From Octopus vulgaris (lineage: Eukaryota), in contig OX597817.1 in assembly GCA_951406725.2 (NCBI GenBank), positions 104,718,001-104,782,000 of the forward strand: a DNA stretch of 64,000 bases. Reading direction: 5' to 3'. Below the pieces are notes generated by a model. That model was not told where the DNA came from. It saw only the letters and a list, made by a program, of their open reading frames with translations, and did not search any database. Numbering within the stretch: position 1 is the stretch's first letter; every line of letters begins with the position of its first letter. The position numbers and the translations under genes were made by a program. Positions 53,930 to 64,000 of this stretch are shown in pieces.

Positions 53930-54245
53930 TCAAAAGGATATGTGTTAATACTATTCCACATGTACAAAAACAGCCATACCAACAATCCAACATACCTCCA
54001 TCATCAGCTACCCCATAGACGTCATTATGGTTTCGACACCTGGGCAATACCATTCAATCCAGTGGTGGCAACAGTATTAAAAGAAGTGTTGTTTGGGAAC
54101 AAACATACCAAAGAAACCATAACTTTCAAACACACTTACCCTATGTACAACAGTATCGGTAACTAAAATTGAATAAGTAAATAACCAACTCCTAAATATG
54201 TAACTAAACAGTGACCAAACCGTTAAGTCATACATTTTATTCCCT
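53930..54245 (+). mobile_element. Penelope-like ORF fragment, third copy
   Basis: Reverse complement of about 20670-20985; starts directly after a (TA)n tract. Confidence 0.45.
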
Positions 54246-54502
54246 ATGTATGTGTGTGTTTAACCCACCACTTGTGCAAGGTATTGGTGTGTTTATGTTT
54301 CCATGACTTAGCGGACCAGCAGAAGAAACCACCAGAATAAGTACCAGACTTTAAAAGAATAAGTTCTGGGGTTGATTTGTCTAGCTAAAACCCTTCAAGG
54401 CAGTGCCTTTTTTTCCAATCTAAAACTTTCTCTGGGCATCTAATACATTCACTGTGTATGTCCTATTATTTTTCTTGATTCTTTTTTTTTTATTTTGATG
54501 TG

Positions 54503-54547
<45 letters not shown>

Positions 54548-54594
54548 TTATATTTATATTTATATATTTATATACACATACATACATATAAATA

Positions 54595-55388
54595 TAAAAG
54601 GGAAAGAGCTCCATTGGTAATGAATGACCATGGGATTGCACCTAAAACAGCTGCCAGCTATCTCCACAAACTTGGCTACTATGGTAGAGCAACAAGAAGG
54701 AAGCCACTTCTTCAACCAGTCAATATCAAGCAGAGAAAAGATTGGGCCAGTGAGATGGTGGAGAGACCCCTAGCACTGTCATATTCTTTGATGAGTCCAG
54801 ATTTGCTGTATTTTCTGACAGTGTTTGAGTGTGGGTCTGGAGACTGTGCTCAAGAATTTGACATGAAAAGATTGCAGCCGACAATGAAACATGGCAGTTA
54901 TTTTGTGATGCTGTGGGGAACAATTTGGAGCAATGGTCAATCAGAACTAGTGGAGCGTGAGGGAAGTATATACTCAGATAAAGATATTGCAGAAAGGACT
55001 CCTTCCTATCTTCTCCAGTGGGAAAATTATTAAAGAAGACTATTTATGGAAGATGGCTAAGAAAACTCAAGATTGGTTGGAAGAGAATGGCATTACAAAG
55101 CTTCCATGGCCAAACCGGTCATCAGGTAAAAAGAGCAAGAAAGCATCCCCAAAGCCAGATCTTTAGAAATCACTGCATGAAACTTTGCAAGAAATTTCTC
55201 AAGAGAATATTCTTCATCTGACCAGTAACAGGCCTAATGGGGTCCTTGCATTCAAAAATGCAAAGGGCATGTATACTAAATATTAGATATTCACATTATA
55301 ATAATTAATAAATAATTTGAATATATAATTTCAGATTTAAATAAATTTTAAGTCATAAAGGTGTCTTTTACTTCTGTCATGTCTGTGT
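54595..55388 (+). mobile_element. Tc1-family transposase relic with probable right end
   Basis: YLHKLGYYGRATRRKPLL, PTMKHGSYFVMLWG and WLEENGITKLPWP; ends ...ctgtg-ta. Confidence 0.8.
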
Positions 55389-55604
55389 AAGCAGACACAA
55401 ACACACATGCCCACATGTGCGCACACACACACACATATATATACACATACATAAGCAAATTAGCTAGTTGTAAAATCTCAAAAAGAGATCAGAACAGTAA
55501 CTATACTAACCAGTAAAGATAATCGTCTCATCAAAGTGTTACTACTATTTTAACCCTAGGAAGATCTTCCACCTGCTGGTTATTGGTGCGGCACTACACC
55601 TTTG

Positions 55605-55658
<54 letters not shown>

Positions 55659-55661
<3 letters not shown>

Positions 55662-55856
55662 CCAAACATGAAAGCACAAAAAAACACAACAACACGAGGT
55701 CGTGGAACAAATATAGTATTATTGGACGCTCAGGAAAGAAGGAAGGTTTAACGTTTTGAGCGGAGCTCTTCGTCGGAAACATAGGAGAAGGAAAGATCCA
55801 GAGAAGGGAAGACAGAAAGAAAAAAATCGCCAACGGTACACACGCGATCACATTTT
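55659..55856 (-). mobile_element. (TA)n-linked element of about 200 bp with a minimal hammerhead motif (55746-55780)
   Basis: Minus strand reads gttt-ccgacga-a-gagc-tcc-gctc-aaaa-cgtt-aaac; homologous to 35680-35890. Confidence 0.6.
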
Positions 55857-55907
55857 ATATATTGCTAGCAGGGGAGTGAACCCCTACCATCCTCTAGTAG
55901 ACAACAG

Positions 55908-55958
55908 GATCGCAAGATTGACTGTTTCGAGCTAGTTGGCTCCTCTTCAGGTGCGATC
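55908..55958 (-). ncRNA. Hammerhead-like motif: core and stems I/II intact, stem III irregular
   Basis: Minus strand reads gatcgca-c-CTGAAGA-g-gagc-caacta-gctc-GAAA-cagtcaatct-tgcgatc. Confidence 0.55.
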
Positions 55959-56203
55959 ACCTAGTCGCCAGTAAGATAGCCTGAGTCCGCTCCGGTCAGC
56001 AATATATTGTAAAACAAAGGAACCATCGGTCACTGATTTGCAACAAGCAAAGTAGCTAGTTGTAAAATCTCGAGATCAGAGTAGTAACTATACTAACCAG
56101 TAAAGTTAATCGCTACATCAAAGTGGATGTTCTATGTTACTACTAGTTTGACCCCCAGGCAGATCTTCCACCAGCTGGTTTTAAAAAATGCTTACAACAT
56201 ATA

Positions 56204-56605
56204 GGCGTAGGAGTGGCTGTGTGTGGTAAGTAGCTTGCTTACAAACCACAATGTTCCAGATTCAGTCCCACTGCATGGCACCTTGGGCAAGTGTCTTCTA
56301 CTATAGCCTCGGGCCGAATAAAGCCTTGTGAGTGGATTTGGTAGACGGAAACCTAAAGAAGCCCGTTGTATATATATATATGTATGTGTGTGTGTATGCT
56401 TGTGTGTCTGTGTTTGTCTCCCCAACATCGCTTGACAACCGATGCTGGTGTGTTTACGTCCCCGTAACTTAGCGGTTTGGCAAAATAGACACCGATAGAA
56501 TAAGTACTAGGCTTACAAAGAATAAGTCCTGAGGTCGATTTGCTCGACTAAAGGCGGTGCACCAGCATGGCCACAGTCACATGACTGAAACAAGTAAAAG
56601 AGTAA
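56204..56605 (+). mobile_element. SINE, dominant family, near-intact copy
   Basis: Close match to the reverse complement of 10421-10844. Confidence 0.85.
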
Positions 56606-57818
56606 CAGCTCGTTCTTATTGCTAGCTAAATTAATAGCCCACCCTTAAAAATACAATCAAAAATTAAATAATCGCCAGCCATCCAACTGGCTTACTGGTT
56701 GACGAAAGCACAAGTAGCAACGTAAAGACAAGGTTAGCGGGAATATCTTTTTAGTCTTCTATAATTCCATCAGTTTGCATTATATAAGTATAAATCAACT
56801 GCAGTACTTGGCTGGTTATTTTATGCGTGATAACAGACGAAAGTTTTGATGTTTCGTTTACAATGTTGATGCCATCGGGAAAGGCATGAACGCCACTCCT
56901 TCCATATTTCGACACATCTTCCACCTATATAGTAATCACTAATTCTCTCTTGGTTGCAGGATAGCCCAACTAACTTCTGTTTAAGCGAAGCTATAGCACA
57001 GTTATTTAGCTTCATATAGTCCTTATTGAGCAAACATATAATTAAAGACATTCTAACCATGACCATCCTGCCAAATTTGGCCATCTTTCGTTTTGGCTTG
57101 TCATTGTTGTTCGCTAATTTCCGTAAAAGTTTTTAAAAAAATTTATTTACTTTTATTTTAAAGTGAAAGAGAAGAGAAAGTGAAAGATGTATGTATGTGT
57201 ATATGAAACGAACGTGTTTGTGGGTGGGTGTGAGAAAGAGAGAGAAGGAGAATCAGTGTGTTGTCTCGTATACGTACATACATAAATACGACCCACACTG
57301 ATCCAGCACACCTATTTTTCCCATTGACTTCGTCTTGATATAATTATATCCTAGAATGATTTCATCACACTTGCAAATAGCGCGAAATTGTGGAAATACT
57401 GAACGTCACTGTTGTGAGTGCGGTACTACAATTTATTGACATCATTTCCTTTTCAGCAGATACGTCTTTTCTGGATATCTGCAACAGTAGGTAAGCATTA
57501 CCGTTTAGTCTCATTTTATCTATGCATTGCTTGACGAAAACAATCCCATAATTTACAGGGTTTTAGTAATATACTACTTGTCAGAGATTTATTTTTAACA
57601 GTGATGTTGGATTTTCAAATCTTTAAATTCGTTTTTAATTCCTCTCGTCGTACACGTCTGAGCGAATCTTAAGAAAAAAGTTAGCCACAGTAAATAGCGC
57701 ACAATTCAACCACATGTAAACTTTTGTAAAAGTATAGTTTTATGCCACCGAATAAAACAAAATATTTTACATCTACGACAATCGGAATATACCTTGAGTA
57801 TATCATAATAAGGCATAG

Positions 57819-59112
57819 CATCTGTAGTTATGCTCCATGGCATAACTACAGATGTTTTCCCCCAGGTAACTCCATGGCATAACTACAGATGTTTTCCCCA
57901 CCGATTTTGTTGCCTCAATAACTTCCAGAAAAATGGATACTTTTTATCGAAATTTTCAACAAATACTGTTTAGATACTGTGGATTCAGAGTATATCGGGA
58001 TTTATGGGGAAAAAGTTTTCTGAGGAGTGGGGAGAAGAGTTTCAGAAAATTCATACGATCTGATTTTTTTCCCTCATAACTTTCAGGAAAATGGACATAC
58101 TTCAATGAAATTTTTTACAAATACCTTTCAAACTACATAGATTACGATTATAAAGAAATTTGGATAAAGTTTTACCAACTCAGCCGGTAAAACTTTACCC
58201 CATAACAATAGGAGAAAAATACTAAAAAAACATCAATACACGTGAGAGTGAAAACGAAGGGTGGTTTGGGATGTGCTAAAAACAACAGTCAAATATAGAT
58301 TATGAATTGTACACCTTTTCCTCTGAAAATATTTACATTTCATTTTATTTTTTTTACAGAAAGACTCCTCCCATAGTTTTTAAGTTTAAAAAAAAGTTGG
58401 TCAAAATCGGTTCGGAGTGGGATGGGGAGGGGGGATTTTTCAAAAGTTTTTTTTTTTTATAAAAAGATACCCCCATCATTTCAAAGGCTGTGGTGAAATA
58501 ATATAAACAAAATGGGGGAAGTTTCCATCCAACTTCTTTGGTCTTCCTGATTCCAAACTCCTCTTTCCATACACTTGGAAAAAAATTCTTAATAATCGTA
58601 GTCTATACTGTTTGAAAGATATTTGTATAAGATTTCATGAAAAGAAATCCATTTTCCTGAAAGTTATGAGGAAAAAAAAGTCGGATTATGTGAATTTTCC
58701 GAAACTCCTCTCCATCCCTACGGAAAAATTCTTGGGTAATATCGACATTATTACCTTGAAACGAAATCGTTAAAAAAAAAATAGTGCAACGGGTGTGAAA
58801 AAATGTGCAGAGATCAATGGGGGGAAGAGGCTTTCGGAAAATTCACAAGATCCGGTGTTTTTCCCTCGTAACTTTGAAGAAAATGAATATCTTTCTACTT
58901 CACACCCATGTAGGAAATGAATCAGAAAACAAAAATGCATGGAAAGCAACGGGGTGAGGTGGGGGTGGCTGGAGAAGACTTCGGAAAATTCACAAGATCC
59001 GAGTTTTTCCCTCGTAACTTTGAGGAAAATATAATCCTTTTGAAATCACAAATTAGGCTTTTCCTCAGGAACTTGGATGCTAAACATCCCTTTGAAGGGT
59101 TCGGGTCCTTCT

Positions 59113-59153
<41 letters not shown>

Positions 59154-60202
59154 TATATGGGTACAGAACATCACAAAATGTAAATAACATGAAATATGAA
59201 AATATGAAATACGAAGGCAAACTTGGGAACAAGAGAAACAAATGGAAAACATGACAAGTACCATAAAGAACGACCCTTAATCAGTTGTTGGCTGTTCATC
59301 TACTCCACATTTTGAGCAATTAACAACAATATGATGCTTCGAAAAACAGTTGCTCCCATGAGCTAAAATAAAATTTGGGATTTGCAGAGGGTCAAAGTTA
59401 GTAACAGAAACAGGACAGTGGAGACATACAACAAACCAAACGAAAACAAACATGGAGGGCCAGATGAGGTAAGGTAATGAACGCTGGAGGAATATTCTTT
59501 GACAAGAGAAAAGATAGGAGAGGAGACAGATAAGAAGGCATCTGGTCTGTGCAACAGACTGAAAGAAAAGAAAGATGATCATGTGAGGAAAAGAAAGATG
59601 GACGATGGTCACATGTGAGCAACGAGAGTGAGACAGACAGACAAATAAAAAACGATGAAGGGGAGAAAAATAAAAGCGGGAGAAAGGGAGAAAAGAAGAG
59701 AGAAAACAAAAAGGGGGGAGAGAAAGAACAGTACAGAGTAGAGTCGCTTCAAAATTATTAAGATAAATTTACTTGGAAATGGATGCGTGGTATTCAATCA
59801 TATAATAATATAAATAACAAATATATATATGCATATATACATACATAGATAAAATTTCATTAAAAGAAAAACCATTTTCCTAAAAGTTATGAGGGAAAAA
59901 CATCTGATCTTCTGAATTTTCCAAAGGCCTCTCCTCCTCCCCTACTGCTCTCTGCACATTTTTGTTTTCAGATTTGTTTTCTACACTGATATTTACACCT
60001 GTTGCACTTTTTTTTTCTTTTCAATTTCGTTTCTGGGTACTTCTGTCAACAGTAACCAAATTCTTTCCCATAAATCCCTATGTACTCTGAATCCACAGTA
60101 TCTAAATGGTATTTGTTGAAAATTTCATTAAAAAATATCCATTTTTCTAGAAGTTATGAAGTAACATATTAGAAGGGGGTACACATCTGTAGTTATACTC
60201 AT
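57819..60202. mobile_element. Modular foldback-like DNA element with long imperfect terminal inverted repeats
   Basis: About 57875-58015 is the reverse complement of about 60062-60202. The internal module ttccctc(a/g)taacttt..gaaaat recurs in both orientations. Confidence 0.65.
59160..59820 (-). mobile_element. (TA)n-flanked non-coding element nested in the foldback
   Basis: TA tracts on both sides; related to 16110-16710. Confidence 0.5.
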
Positions 60203-60422
60203 AATACTTGAAAACCATATAAAGTTATTTTCATAAAAGGAAATATACAAAAAAAGCAATGTTACTTTTGTTCGTCCTGTTGCAGTATTCTTATTTAAAT
60301 ATTGATTAGGTGCAATATTTTTCCGAGAAAATGAAACTAAATATCTGTCTGTCTGCATTAATATATAGGCCATCTTCCATTTTAACACACATACACACCA
60401 ACAACCATATGTATATATATAT

Positions 60423-61734
60423 ATCATCATCATCATCGTTTAACGTCCGCTTTCCATGTTAGCATGGGTTGGACGGTTCAACTGGGGTCTGGGAAGCCCG
60501 AAGGCTGCACCAGGCCAGTCAGATCTGGCAGTGTTTCTACAGCTGGATGCCCTTCCTAACGCCAACCACTCCGTGAGTGTAGTGGGTGCTTTTTATGTGC
60601 CACCGACACAGGTGCCAGACGAGGCTGGCGAACGGCCACTCTCGGATGGTGTTTTTTACGTGCCACCAGCACGGAGGCCAGGCGGGGCTGGCACAGCCAC
60701 GATTGGATGGTGTTTGTTACGTGCCCACAGCACGGAGGCCAGTCGACGCAGTACTGGCTACGGTCACGTTCGAATGGTTTTCTTATGTGCCACCGGCACT
60801 GGTACCACAAAATACAAATTCCATTGATGTTCATCGATTTTGATTTGATTTTCACTTGCCTCAACAGGTCTTCACAAGTGTCCCAAGAAGGAAGGTATGC
60901 ACAGGCGGACTGACTACGTCCCAGGTAGGGGCCATGGGTTATGGCCTCACGTGTCCTGCCGGGTCTTCTCGCGCACAGCATACTTCCAAAGGTCTCGGTC
61001 TCTGGTCATTTCCTCGGTGAGACCTAAAGCGCGAAGGTCATTCTTCACCACCTCATCCCAGGTTTTCCTGGGTCTACCTCTTCCACAGGTTCCCTCAACC
61101 GCTAGGGTGTGGCACTTTTTCACACAACTATCTTCATCCATTCTTACTACGTGTCCATACCAGCGTAGACGCCTCTCTTGCACACCACATCTGATGCTTA
61201 GGTCCAACTTTTCTCTCAAGGCAGTTACGCTCTGTCGGGTATGAACACAGACATTACACATCCAACGGAGCATACTGGCTTCATTTCTTGCGAGCTTACG
61301 CATATCCTCAGCAGTCACGGCCCATGTTTCACTGCCATGTAGCATGGCTGTTCGCACACATGCGTCATACAGTCTGCCTTTTACTCTGAGCGAGAGGCCC
61401 TTTGTCACCAGCAGAGGTAATGGCTCTCTGAACTTTGCCCAGGCTATTCTTACTCTAGCAGTTACACTTTCGGCTACTGACTTGGTCACCTAGGTAACGG
61501 AAACTATCAACTATTTCAAGTTTTTCTCCCTGGAATGTGGCGGAAGATGGTCTCTGCACATTTTCAGTCTTTATTGAACCAGAGCATCTGCCACATACAA
61601 AAACTATCTTCCTAGTTAGCCTTCCTTTGACATTGCTGCACCTCTTATGTGTCCATAGCTTACACTTGGTGCATCTTACAGAGTTCCTACCTACGCCTTT
61701 TCTACAGATCGAGCAGGGCCATCTACCTGAAGGC
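60423..61734 (-). mobile_element. 5'-truncated RTE-clade LINE: end of RT with a PHD insert, C-terminus, 3' UTR and (GAT)n tail
   Basis: LEIVDSFRYLG, RVRIAWAKFRE, MLHGSETW, RRLRWYGHVVRM and RGRPRKTW motifs. Shorter tails of this family lie near 2760, 16930, 31055, 39200, 42360, 44105 and 50215. Confidence 0.92.
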
Positions 61735-61812
61735 GTATATATATACACACACACATATATATATATAATATAATATATATATATATATAGTTAACGTATC
61801 ATGTGATTACAC

Positions 61813-62175
61813 TTTTACTTGTTTGGCATTTGACTGCAGCCATGCTAGAGCACTGACTTTAGTCAAACAAATCAACTCCACGACCTACCTTTGTAAGCTT
61901 AGTACCTATTCTTTCGGCCTCTTTTGCCAAACTGCTAATTATGGGGACGTAAACACACCAACACCAGTCGTCAAATGCTGGTGGGGTGACAAACAGACAC
62001 ACAAATACATATATATACGACTGGCTTCTTTCAGTTTCCGTCTACTTCAACCTCTCACAAGGCTTTGGTTGGCTTGAGGCTCTAGTAGAAAACACTTCCA
62101 AAAGTACCACACAGTGGGACTGAACCCTGACCCATGTGGTTGGAAAGCTTTTTACCTCACAGCCACTCCTGCACC
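61813..62175 (-). mobile_element. SINE, dominant family
   Basis: Aligns with 10421-10844. Confidence 0.8.
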
Positions 62176-62183
62176 TTATTATT

Positions 62184-62610
62184 TATGTGGTCTGATCAAT
62201 AAGTATCTGGACTGTTGCTATAATAATGAAGCTGAAGCATGCTTGGCAGAGATTGACTTTGAATTCTGCTGTGCATGCGCACTGTCCTAGCTCACTTCTG
62301 CAGTTTACAGCAGTGCTTGGAAGGAAGGTGTGTAGCGTGTGATCATCGTATTCACCATTATTGGGAAAGTTGAGCAGAAAATCTGCATCAAATTTTGTCA
62401 AAAGCTTGGGGATACCTGCTCAGAGGCCTACGAAAAGTTTTCATCGTTCTTGACACAATCAAGATCTTGTGCAACTGAAAGCAGTTTTTTTTACACAACC
62501 TTGGCAGACATGTGTCTCATAACCAAATCTTCAGTGGTAATGGACTGAACTGAACCATAACTAATCTGCACATCCTCTGATAACTCACGGATGGTAATTC
62601 GATGATTTCA
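62184..62610 (+). mobile_element. Rearranged mariner fragment: left TIR plus N-terminal HTH
   Basis: ta-tgtggtctgatcaataagtatctggactg TIR-like start; EQKICIKFCQKLGDTCSEAYEK. Confidence 0.65.
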
Positions 62611-63526
62611 CCTCACAACAGCACTCACATCTATATCTATAAAAGGCAGGATTTGTGTGTATGCGTGAATATAATTTATGCACATCCACAAATTAGCATG
62701 CATGTCGCTCCAATTTTCGAAGGACATTGGTCACAACCAAGGCTGTATTTTTGTCAACTTATTCTGCCTGAGGCACCCACAGATATCGGTAAAAATTGAT
62801 TTTCAACCATAACTTTAACCAATTTCCACATCGGTGAAATCCATAACTTAAGTTAAGTCCCCTGTCTAGCAATGGCCGAAAAAGAAAACAAAGGGTAAAT
62901 TTTTAGATTAATACCCGCACAATTTTCACTAACAAAAAAAAACTAGGATTTTTTGCGTGGAACCAAATACCCTGACCTCCTGATATGCTGCAAATCCCTT
63001 GTTTTGGTTCGAAAAAAGGAGGGTAGGGCGAGGGAGCCCCCACCACCACCACCACCATCCCGGAATCTTATTGATTAGACCTCGTGTAAATGTTTTGTGA
63101 AATATAAAATTGTTTTAATTTTGTTATTATTTAAAAATAATAACATTATTTAAATTTATATTTATTTTAAAGTACCTGTTAAGATATTTAATTACTTCAA
63201 ATATATAACTGTTTGATTGGAATGTTTATTGTGGAGCGCTCTGAATGTAAGCAAAGGTTTTGTTAATCTGCGCATATAACATTTTCCCGACAATTTGTTT
63301 TTGTTCCATGACACTTTGGTATATAAAAAGTGTTGATATTTTCGTTTTTCTTTGTCTCGTTTTATATTTGGTACGAAACTGCAACAAAACTTTGATTATC
63401 TCATTAGTTGTAGTTGAGGTTGCATTGATTTCGTTTGAATTCTTGGCAGACTTTAGAAATACCTGTCACTACCTCATGTGGAAGGGAAAGGGCAAGGAAT
63501 TGGGAGGCTCTCTCTCTTTTTTCCAT

Positions 63527-63840
63527 AGGTATGGCTGTGTAGTGATAAAAGTATGTTTCGGGTTCAGTCCCACTGTGTGGCACCTTGGGCAAGTATCTTT
63601 CACTATAGCTCGAACAGACAAAACCTTATGTGTGGATTTGGTAGACGGGAATTGAAATAACCCCCCCACACACACACACCGGTTGACAACGGGTGTTAGT
63701 TTGTTTACGTTCCCTTAGTGATTTAGCAAAGTAGGCCGTTAGAATATATACCAGACTTTAAAAATAAATACTGGGGTCGATTTGTTCGACTAAAATTTTT
63801 CATGGCGGTATCCTAGTGCGGCTACAGGCTGAAACAAATG
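63527..63840 (+). mobile_element. SINE, dominant family
   Basis: ggttcagtcccactgtgtggcaccttgggcaagt core. Confidence 0.8.
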
Positions 63841-64000
63841 AATTACGATTCTTAAAGAATTTTTATTCAAATAATAGTGTTACTCAGAGTTTTGGGTCCA
63901 TAAAGCGCTTGGTTTTACATACATCTCATCAGACTGTAATGGCTGGTGGTCTATAACCTTATGTATAAAGTTAGATAAGTCCGGTTTATGGTATTACCTT

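Overview
AT-rich, microsatellite- and transposon-dense eukaryotic genomic DNA. The SINE and RTE-tail repertoire looks like Octopus (cephalopod); this is an inference from recalled repeat families, not a search. The only host gene I can support is a spliced + strand COP9 signalosome subunit 7 gene (COPS7/CSN7): seven clear coding exons at 35131-44711, an uncertain terminal exon (best candidate 49459-49474, giving about 257 aa), and a probable non-coding first exon near 27000. The rest is decayed mobile DNA: two Gypsy LTR relics, a full-length mariner relic, Tc1 fragments, RTE and other LINE fragments, tRNA-derived SINEs, hAT and piggyBac-type MITEs, a non-autonomous Helitron and Penelope-like fragments. 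The most interesting signal is a set of hammerhead-ribozyme (HHR) motifs in small elements tied to (TA)n tracts. These include a perfect palindrome with 178-bp arms (1211-1612) carrying a type I HHR fold on each strand, and an HHR-like unit between direct repeats at 55453-56180. Most short ORFs in the track are microsatellite or repeat noise. There is no CRISPR array, rRNA or credible tRNA gene. Repeat boundaries were read by eye and are approximate unless termini are quoted.
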